From: an uncultured Methanosarcinales archaeon
GTDB lineage: Archaea; Nanobdellota; Nanobdellia; Woesearchaeales; JABMPP01
Assembly: GCA_964604995.1 (NCBI GenBank)
Contig: CAZSAD010000011.1
Coordinates: 1-45,515, forward strand
DNA length: 45,515 bases
Direction: 5' to 3'
How positions within the stretch are numbered: position 1 is the first letter of the stretch; each line of letters opens with the position of its first letter. This document shows, piece after piece, positions 27,001 through 39,000 of the stretch. A program made the position numbers and the translations under genes. A model generated the notes under the pieces. The model searched no databases, had not been told where the DNA came from, and worked only from the letters and a program-made list of their open reading frames with translations.

Positions 27001-30000
27001 AATTCCTAATTATTTAACAAAATGGTCTGGAAATTATTCTATGACAAATTCATTGTTATATGATACTGGAATTTATATTGGGATTGGAACAACAGTACCT
27101 GCACAATTATTGACAGTAAAGGGAACTGCAAATATTACTGGTGCAACTTATTTAGGAAATTCATTATGTGCTGCTGGACAAGTATTGACCACAAATTCTG
27201 CAACTGGATTAGTCTCATGCACATCAAGTCTTGCTGGAAGTGTTAGTGGATCTGGAAGTTCTGGTTACATTACAATGTGGAATGGAACTAATCAAATTAA
27301 TTCATCAAAAATTTATCAAAGCACAAATGGAATTGGAATTGGAACAACAACTGTACCAGAAGTTTTAACAGTCAATGGAAATATTTCAGGAACTGTATTT
27401 TATGATTCTAATAATAAAGCATATTATGTTGATCCAGCATCGACATCAATATTAAACATTGCAAGAATCACAACACTTTACAATTCATCAGGTCAAACAT
27501 TCTTCTCGAATACGTGCACTTATGGAATTGCATCAATCAGTGCAACAGGTGGGGTTACTTGTGCAAGTGCGCAAGGTAGTGGAATTGGTGGATCAGGAAC
27601 AGGAAGTTCAAGTGCTGGAAATTTGACAAGATGGAATGCAACTAATCAAATTATGAATAGCATTGTTTATGAAAATAGTGGTAGTGTTGGAATTGGTTCA
27701 ACAAGTCCATCTCAAAAATTAGATGTTGTTGGTAGTATAGAATCATCTGCGGAAGTTAGAGCATTAACTGGCAAATTTAATAAAATACTAAATAGACAAA
27801 CAGGAAATGATATAGTTAATTTTGGAACAACTGATAATGTAGGTATTGGAACAACAATACCAAGTGAAAAATTAGAAGTTTCTAATGGAAATATTAGAAT
27901 AAATAATGGCACACTTTACCAATCTGCTTATCCTAATGATGCTGATATCATACTTTATTTACCAATGACTGAAGGAAGTGGTTCAATTATTTCTGATAGA
28001 GCAATTTATGGAGCAGATGGAACAATAACTTCTGGAACATGGGGAAGAGGTAAATTTGGTGATGCTATAAATTTCACAACCGCAAGTGGTTATATTACTA
28101 TTAGTGATCATCAATATTTCAATTCGAAAACAAATGATTATAGTATTGAAGGATGGTTTTTACATTATAATAATAGTAATACTGCACATAATGCAAATTC
28201 ATTATTTGTAAAAGGTGCTGATTATTCAACAGGTGCGACCAATGGAACTAGAATGTATATCACAAATGTAGATGTTAATCGCGGAACATTAGTTTGGGAA
28301 TGGGGGGGAGGAGATGGCACAACAGATACTTTAAGTTATAATTATGTTAATCATAATCAATGGAATCATTATGCATTTGTAAAATCAAGTAGTAATTTTA
28401 CAATATATTATAATGGAAAAGCTGTTGCGAATAAAATATCTACACTGAATGGATACATCAATAATTCTCAAGCATTTAGTGTTGGTAGAGGTTATGGAAC
28501 AGCATTGTTGAATGGTTCAGTTAGTCAAGTTATTATTTTTAATAGATCTTTAACAGCACAAGAAATAAGCACTCAATATTTACATGGACTACAAACATCG
28601 AGTACAATAATTGCAAACAAATACAGAGTTTTAGATACAAGTGGAAATAGATTAATAGAAATAAATTCAACTGGTGCAAGTATAAATCCTGGTGGAGTAC
28701 AAAGAATAGTAATTGATAGTTCTGGTAATGTTGGAATTGGAACAACAGCGCCTGCACAATTATTGACAGTAAAAGGAACTGCAAACATAACAGGTGCAAC
28801 TTATTTAGGAAATAGTTTATGTTCTGCTGGACAAGTATTAACAACAAATTCTGCAACTGGATTAATTAGTTGCACTGCAGTTGCGAGTGCAAGTGCAACA
28901 GTTGGTGGCAGTGGAAGTTCTGGTTATATTGCAATGTGGAATAATACTAATCAAATTAATAGATCAATGATTTATCAAGGAGCAAGTGGAGTTGGAATTG
29001 GGACAACAAGTCCAAGTAGTTTACTGCATATTAGTAGTGGGACTACCCCTACAGAGATATTACAATCAACTGGCAACACTGGCGCAAACATTGATTTCTG
29101 GGCTTACAATCGTGGCTATGTTACCAGCAGAATTATTGGTAATGAAGGAGGTGCAGTAGGAAGAGGATTTATTTCTTTCAGTAATCGTAATGACGCTGGC
29201 ACCATGACGGAAGCGATGAGAATTGATGGACAGAATGGTAATGTTGGTATTGGAACAACAGCGCCTGCACAATTATTGACAGTAAAAGGAACTGCAAATA
29301 TAACTGGTGCAACTTATTTAGGAAATTCATTATGTGCTGCAGGACAAGTGTTAACAACTAATTCTGCAACTGGATTAATTAGTTGCACTGCTGTTGCAAG
29401 TGCAAGTGCAACAGTTGGAGGAAGTGGAAGTTCTGGTTATATTGCAATGTGGAATGCAACATCACAAATTAATAATTCGGTAATATTTCAAAATGGAACA
29501 ACTGGTAGTATAGGAATTGGAACGACATCCCCTTTAGCAAAATTAGATATAAATACAATTGGACAAGGAAGATTAGGGTTAAATGTTAAATCGAATATGG
29601 GTTCAAGTTATAATACGCTTGTTTTAAATAATACACAAGGAGATTATCAAGGAATTTTATATAGAGTTACTGGTGGAACTGGAGATTATTTAGCAAACAA
29701 TGTATTATTTGATGATCAGCGACCTGCAAGTAGTGGAAATATAGGTTCATTTTTTACGATTTATAGAAGTGGTGCATTAACAAAAGGGAATATTCTACAA
29801 GTTGGTTCAGATACAAATGCAAATGCTTTAGTTGTTGATAATCAAAGTAGAGTTGGGATCGGGACGACGGCACCAGGGACGAGATTGGAAGTAAGCGGTC
29901 AAAGCAGATTTAATTCAGGAGCATCTTTTAGCGCAATTGATACAGGGTGGGCATCTTCCCATGGATATTCAACAGGTAATTGGGGTGTAAGATTGGGCGC

Positions 30001-33000
30001 AACTGGTGGTCAAGGAGTAATTCAAGCTGCGCAGAGCACAACAGCTTATAATTTGGCTATACAACCATACGGCGGTAACGTCGGCATCGGGACGACGACA
30101 CCTTCACAATTATTAACAGTTGCAGGAACTGCAAATATAACTGGTGCAACTTATTTAGGAAATTCATTATGTGCTGCTGGACAAGTATTGACCACAAATT
30201 CTGCAACTGGATTAATTAGTTGCACTGCTGTTGCAAGTGCAAGTGCGACAGTTGGTGGAAGTGGAAGTTCTGGTTATATTGCAATGTGGAATGCAACATC
30301 ACAAATTAATAATTCAAAAATTTATCAAAGCACAAATGGAATAGGTATCGGAACAACAACTGTTCCTGAAGTTTTAACAGTGAATGGAAATATTTCTGCA
30401 AGTGTATTTTATGATGCAAATAATAAAGGATATTATATTGATCCAGCATCGACATCAATATTAAACATTGCAAGAATCACAACACTTTACAATTCATCAG
30501 GTCAAACATTCTTCTCGAATACGTGCACTTATGGAATTGCATCAATTAGTGCAAGTGGTACAGTTACATGTGCATCAGCACAAGGAACTGGAAATATTAG
30601 TGGAACAGGAAGTGCTAATTATTTACCAAAATTTACAGGAGCACAAACAATTGGAACAAGTGTTGTGACTGAACAAACTAATGGAACAGCAATAACTGTT
30701 GGAAGTTATCTTTCAGGAGGTTATTCTGGAAGCAACTATGGATCAATTGGTTATGGTATTGCTTATACAAGTACAAGTAGTACTTGGAACTACAGAAATA
30801 CTGATACTGCATCAAAATTAGAATTTGCTTCAGGTGGGTTTCAATTTGATACTGCTCCGTCTGGAAGTGCTGCAACACCAATTACATTTACAAGAAGATT
30901 AGATATAAATGTTGGAGGAAATATATCTGCCGATTCCGGAACACTATTTGTAGATGCTTCTGGAGATAAAGTAGGGATTGGAACAACTATACCTTCACAA
31001 AAATTAACAGTTTCTGGAACTACAAATATAACTGGTGCAACTTATTTAGGAAATTCATTATGTGCTGCTGGACAGGTATTAACAACAAATTCTGCAACTG
31101 GATTAGTCTCATGCACATCAAGTCTTTCTGGAAGTGTTAGTGGCTCAGGAAGTTCTGGTTATATTGCAATGTGGAATGGAACAAATCAAATTAATAATTC
31201 AATGATTTATCAAGGAGGAAGTGGTGTTGGAATTGGAACAACAACTCCTAGTAGTAAATTACATGTTTATGGTGGACCCATAAGAGTTTATGATGGTACT
31301 TATACTATGTCTTTAGGAATTGATACTGGAACATGGAGAATGCAAACAGACGGAACTAACATGAGATTTTTAGATAATGGAAATAATTATGCCCCATTAC
31401 AAGCATTGGTAGGTAAATTTGAAGGAAGTGGAAATTCATATTTCACAGGTAATGTTGGAATTGGTTCAACGAGTCCATCTCAAAAATTAGATGTTGTAGG
31501 AAATGCGACTATTAGAGCGGGGTCATTATCTAGAATTTATATGGGGGGAACTTCAAATGATGATTTTGGTATCGCTTATAGTCCATCATATCCAAATTAT
31601 GGATTTTTTTACAAAGAAAGTACAACTGATTATGTTGCAATTTCTCCAAATGGTGGAGGCACAAGTAATCCGGTTATGGTGGTTATGGGTAATAATAATG
31701 TTGGAATTGGTAATACTGCACCACCAGAAGTTTTAACAGTCAATGGAAATTTATCTGCGACTGTATTTTATGATTCTAATAATAAAGCATATAATTTAGA
31801 TCCTGCTGGAACATCAAATTTAAGTATTGTTAGACTGGCAACACTTTACAATTCATCAGGCCAAACATTTTTCTCTAATACTTGCACTTATGGAATTGCT
31901 TCAATTTCTGCGAGTGGAGGGGTTACTTGTGCATCAGCACAAGGAAGTGGAATTACTGGATCAGGAACAGGAAGTACATCTGCTGGGAATATTACAAGAT
32001 GGAATGGAACTGGATCAATTACAAATAGTATATTGTATGAAAGTTCTGGAAGTGTTGGAATTGGAACAACAAGTCCGACATACCAGTTAACTACTACAGA
32101 TAATGATAATTATGAACCCACATATTGGAACGGTGCATCAAATCCATTATTGCAATTTCAAGATAATGGAAGATTTTCAATAACCACAAGTTCGATATAT
32201 AAAGGACTTAGAACACAATCAAAAAATTGGACTTATATACGAATTGAAGCTGACCTAAAAACAACAAGCGCTGACCATTATGGGTTTTTCTGGTCAAGTA
32301 ATAGTACAACTATTGGTAATGATGGAAATAGTGGTTATAAGTGGGTATTCCAACCAACATCTAATACAATAAATATTAGAAATATTGGAACAAATTCTGA
32401 TAGTTATACTTCGAGTACAGTTTATTTTGATGAAAAAGATGGTAATTGGCACCATTATGTTACAGAGATAACCCAAGATGGAAGAGTGAAAGTATGGGTT
32501 GATGGAATAGAATATGTTAACCAATATGGATATTACACTGGGCAAGGATATGTTGGAATATTAAGTTATACTGGAACATTGGAGATATCTAACTTCAAAA
32601 TTACTTCAATTGTTGGAAACAATAATTTACCAATGTCTGGTAATGTTGGAATTGGTTCAACAGCACCACCAGAAGTTTTGACAGTCAATGGGAATATTTC
32701 AGGGACTGTATTTTATGATGCAAATAATAAAGCATATTATGTTGATCCAGCATCGACAAGTTATGTTAATGCATTGAATACTGCAGGAAGAATAGGAGTA
32801 GGAACAACAACTGTTCCAGAAGTTTTAACAGTCAATGGAAATTTATCTGCAAGTGTATTTTATGATGCAAATAATAAAGCATATTATGTTGATCCTGCTT
32901 CGACTACAATATTAAACATTGCAAGAATCACAACACTTTACAATTCAACTGGACAAACATTCTTTTCAACTACTTGTACTTATGGAATTGCATCAATCAG

Positions 33001-36000
33001 TGCAACTGGTGGGGTTACATGTGCAACTCAACAAGGAAGCACAAGTGCAACAGTTGGTGGAAGTGGAAGTTCTGGTTATATTGCAATGTGGAATGGAACT
33101 AATCAAATTAATAGATCAATGATTTATCAAGGAGGATCAGGTGTTGGTATTGGAACAACGACACCACAAAGTAAATTAGAAGTTGTAGGGAGTGCAAATA
33201 TTTCAGGAGATTTAATTGTTGATGGTGGAGATATTACAAATGGAAATGTTGGGATAGATATTGGTGAAGCATCAACCCTTGGAGCTTTGTTCACAGAAAC
33301 AACTGATAATGCATATTTTGAATTTACTTGTGCAGATTCTGGTGGAAATGATTTGTGTGAATTTAAATCTGGAATTTACAATAATGGCGCAACATTTTAT
33401 AATCAAAATAGTTTGGTACAAAGAGGCGTAATTTCAAATGATGGTGCAGCTTATGTACAAATAAATGGTGGAACATCTGGTTACACTTATTTTAATGGAA
33501 GGATTGGAGTTGGAACAAGTATACCTCCTGAAATTGTAACAGTGAATGGAAATTTATCTGCAACTGCATTTTATGATTCTGATAATAAAGCATACAACGT
33601 TGATCCTGCTGGAACATCTAATCTTAGTACAATAAGATTAACAACACTTTACAATTCATCAGGACAAACATTTTTCTCTAATACATGCACTTATGGAATT
33701 GCATCGATTAGTGCAATAGGTACAGTTACATGCGCATCGGCACAAGGAAGTGGAAGTGTAAATAGTGGAGCTGCAAATAAAGTTGCATATTATCCAAGTG
33801 CTGGAACAACTGTTGATGATTTAACTGGAAGTGCAAATGGCGCTTTGTATTATGATGGAAGCATAAATATACAAAGCGGAACACTGCCTGTTGTATCAGG
33901 AGGAACTGGAGTTACAACATCAACAGGAAGCGGAAATGTTGTATTAAGTGCATCACCAACATTAACTGGAACTGTAATAGCATCTGCAATAACTGCATCT
34001 AGTACATTAACAATGTCTGGAAGTGCTGCAAATATTGCACTTGGGTCAAATTATTTATCAGGAGATGGTGGTGATGAAGGAATTTATATTGATTCAACTG
34101 GTAAAGTTGGAATTGGAACAAGTAGTCCATCAGAAATGTTAGATATTCGTGGAAGAGCTACATTCAATAATAATGTTATAACCAATGTTGTTATGTGGCC
34201 AAATGTTTATGATCAAGGATCAAATAGAACAGTTAGAAATATGATATTAAATTCTGATGATTTATTAGCATTTGCAACAGAGAGGGGATATAGCGTTACT
34301 TCAAATAGAGCACCGAGTTCTGGCTCTCTTGCGTACATGTTTAGACCTGAAAGAGGATCAGGTTATCCAACATGGACAGATGTATCTGAAAGTAATCCTG
34401 TTGAAATAAATATTTCAGGTTTACCAAACTTAGCAGTTGATAGAATGATTATTGTTCCTGCTAGCAGAAATAGAATGCCAATAAATTATAGCGTGACAAC
34501 TTATGATATTTATAATGGAGTTGTTGTTAGAAGAAATGTTACAGGAGAAACTGGAAGTTATATAAAATATATTGACTTAAACTTACAAGAGGGTGTTCAG
34601 TGGATTTTTATTAGGATTACCCAATCTGGCGATAGTGATGCTACAAACACATCAGCTATTGCAAATATTGTTATGACTTCAAGATACCAAGCAGGCAGAT
34701 TTACAGGGTATGCTGTATCTGCTGGTGGAGATTCAATATTTGGAAATTTAGGAATTAGAATTGTTTCTCCAACTACATCATTACATGTTAATGGATCAGT
34801 TTCTATGATTAGTAGTAGTGGAACACAAGGTTTTTACCAAGATACTTCTGCAAATGTTGGAATTGGAACAACTATACCTTCACAAAAATTAACAGTTTCT
34901 GGAACTGCAAATGTTACAGGTGCAACTTATTTAGGAAATTCATTGTGTGCTGCTGGACAAGTATTGACAACAAATTCTGCAACTGGATTAGTCTCATGCA
35001 CGTCAAGTCTTGCTGGAAGTGTTGGTGGTTCTGGAAGTTCTGGTTACATTGCAATGTGGAATGGAACTAATCAAATTAATTCATCAAAAATTTATCAAAG
35101 CACAAATGGAATAGGAATAGGAACAACAACTGTTCCAGAAGTTTTAACAGTAAATGGAAATATTTCTGCAACTATTTTATATGATGCAAATAATAAAGCA
35201 TATTATGTTGATCCAGCATCGACAAGTTATGTTAATGCATTGAATACTGCTGGAGCAGTAAGTATTGGGACAACAACTTCAGTTTCAACTCTTACTGTAA
35301 GAGGAAATATTTCATCTTCTACAGATTATGGACATCCAAAAATTGTGCTTGATTCCACTAGTTCTGGAGATGATTGGCAAGCACAAGGTGCACATATTTC
35401 AATAGGGGAAAGTGGAGATTTAGGAAGTGCTGCATTGCATTTAACTTATGTTGGAAATGGATATAGTTATATTGGATCTGGCACTGTTACAAGTGGAATT
35501 CCTGCTTATTCATATTTAAGATTTGCTTACAACACAAAGGATATTTACTCTGATTCAAATATCACAACTTGGGGAGTTAAATTAAATAATTTGTATGATC
35601 AAGATGGTAGTAATTTCTTTGATACAACATGCCCTTATGGAATTGCAAGTATTGATTCGACTGGTGCATTTACTTGCGCATCACAACAAGGAAGTGGAAT
35701 TGGTGGATCAGGAAGTTCTGGTTATATTGCAATGTGGAATGGAACATCACAAATTAATAATTCAATGATTTATCAAGGAGGGAGTGGAGTTGGAATTGGA
35801 ACAACATCGCCTAGCTATAAATTAGATGTTATGGGTACAGGAAGAGTAGCTGGGAATTTTTATACACAAAATATATACAAAAATACAACCAGTGTTCCAA
35901 TAGAAATAAATGCTGGTCACGATGCAAGTAAAGCATTAAGAGTTTATTATGACATGGATTTGTATAATACCTTAACATTCACAGATTCTTCATGGACTTC

Positions 36001-39000
36001 ACAAGGAAGTATTAGTGGAAGTTCGGGAAATATAGGTATAGATGCAAATGGAGGTTATGTTTATATACCTGATAATTTAGGGGTTGGAATAACAAATCCC
36101 GGACAAAAATTAACAGTCTCTGGAACTGCAAACATTACTGGTGCAACTTATTTAGGAAATTCGTTATGTGCTGCTGGACAAGTATTAACAACAAATTCTG
36201 CAACAGGATTAGTTTCATGCACATCAAGTCTTTCTGGAAGTGTTAGTGGTTCGGGAAGTTCTGGTTATATTGCATTATGGAATGGAACATCGCAAATTAA
36301 TAATTCAATGATTTATCAAGGTGGATCAGGAGTTGGTATTGGAACAACAAGTCCAGTTGGAAAATTACAAATAAATGCAATTGATGAAGATTACACTTTC
36401 CCTAATCCGGGTACATCTGCTAGAGGTGCAATTTTTATAAAATCAACAACTAGTGATAAAGAAACTGGAATTACTTTTAGCAGCGCAGCATCTGACAATG
36501 CACAAGCAGGAATATATGTACATCAGGATAATAGTGCTGGAACACATATGTATTTAGCAACAACTGATTCTTATGCAACTGGACCACAAACAAGAATAGC
36601 AATATTGAATAATGGAAGAATAGGAGTTGGAACAACAGCACCACAAAATAAATTAGATGTCGAAGGAGCTGCTGTAATTGGTGCAACTTATTCTGGAACA
36701 AATACTGCACCAAGCAATGGATTATTAGTTGAAGGTAATGTAGGTATTGCTACAACAACTGCACCTGAAGTTTTAACAGTAAATGGAAATATTTCTGGAA
36801 CAGTATTTTATGATTCTAATAATAAAGCATATTATGTTGATCCTGCTTCGACTACAATATTAAACATTGCAAGAATTACAACATTTTATAATTCATCAGG
36901 CCAAACATTTTTCTCTAATACTTGCACTTATGGAATTGCTTCAATTTCTGCGAGTGGTGCAGTTACATGCGCAAGCCAACAAGGAAGTACAAGTGCGACA
37001 GTTGGTGGCTCTGGAAGTTCTGGATACCTTGCAATGTGGAATAATACTAATCAAATTAATTCATCAAAAATTTATCAAACAACAAATGGAATTGGAATTG
37101 GAACAACAACTGTTCCAGAAGTTTTAACAGTGAATGGAAATTTATCTGCGAGTGTATTTTATGATTCTAATAATAAAGGATATTATGTTGATCCAGCAAA
37201 TAGTGGAACATCAATACTTACTGCAGGAAAAGTTGGAATTGGAACAACAAGTCCGACACAAATGTTAGAAGTTGTGGGTAACGCAACAATAACTAATGGA
37301 AGTTTATATCAAACAGTTTACTCTAATGATGAATCCCTTATTGGATATTGGCCATTTAGTGAAGGTACTGGAACAACTACTTATGATAGAAGTATGAAAG
37401 GTTACGATGGAACGTTTACTGGCGCACCTGTTTGGACAAATGGAAAATATGGTAATGCCATTTTATTTGATGGGATTGACGATGGTATAGATATTGCAGA
37501 AACAAATTTTAACACTACTTATAATTACACTATGGAAGCTTGGATTAAACCAATTGGTGCACATTTACATTACACAGGAACAATTATTTCTTCTGGAAAT
37601 TGGAACATTGCACATTGGGCACTTGGTGTTGGGCAAACAAATAATTACTTAGAATTTAGAAATCCTGATGGAACAACTACTTATGGAGGCATACAGAAAA
37701 CTTATAATTTTGCACTAAACCAATGGAATCATGTAGTTGTTACAAGAAATATTGGAACTGTCAAATTTTATGTTAATGGAAATTTGATTGGCACTAGTTC
37801 AGTTGGTAGTACTTATCCTTTGAATACTACCTATAGTAATACAATGATTGGAAGAGAAACATATGCTGGGGGATATTTTGCATTTAATGGTTCAATTGAT
37901 GAAGTAAAAGTTTACAAAACTGCACTTAGTGATGATGAAATAAGAGCCCATTATATCCGTGGAAAAACTTCAGGCATAATTGTAAGTGATGAATTTAAAG
38001 TTTTAAATAGTACCTATTCAGAATTGATGAGAATTTCTACTTTAGGTAATGTTGGTATTGGTACAACAACTGTTCCTGAAAAATTAACAGTCAATGGAAA
38101 TATTTCAGGAACTGTATTTTATGATGCAAATAATAAAGCATATTATGTTGATCCTGCTTCGACTACAATATTAAACATTGCAAGAATTACAACACTTTAC
38201 AATTCATCAGGACAAACATTTTTCTCGAATACTTGTACTTATGGAATTGCATCAATCAGTGCAATAGGTACAGTTACTTGCGCAGCACAACAAGGAAGCA
38301 CAAGTGCAACTGTTGGAGGCTCTGGAAGTTCAGGATATATTGCAATGTGGAATGCAACTTCACAAATTAATTCATCGAAGATTTATCAAACAGCAAATGG
38401 TGTTGGAATTGGAACAACAACTGTACCTGAAGTTTTAACAGTAAATGGAAATACTTCTGCAACTGTATTTTATGATGCAAATAATAAAGGATATTATGTT
38501 GATCCAGCTAATAGTGGAACATCAATACTTACTGCAGGAAATGTTGGTATTGGAACAACAACGCCAAGTGACAAATTAAATGTGATAGGGAATATTAAAC
38601 ATACTGGAAATTTGATAAGCCAAGGAGCCAATTATAATTCAACATGGATGCAGTTTGATCAAGATGTAAATGGCAACTCTGTTATCCTTGGTGCTGGAGG
38701 ATTAACAGCTATTGGTGCTGGAGAAAGTGCTTCACAAGTTAAAGCAAATGTAGCAGCAAGCACTGAAACATTATATCTTTCTTCTGACAATGATATCAGA
38801 TTTGAAACAAGTGTACAAAATGGATGGGCAACAAGAATTGATGCAATGACTATTACAACAGTTGGAAATGTTGGTATTGGAACAACATCACCTTCAGTAA
38901 AACTTGATGTTTATAATGCAACTGGAAATGTTATACAATATGTTAGAAGTGGATCTGGAGTTACTGTACAAACAGTAGCCCAAGGAAGTAGTTATGGATG

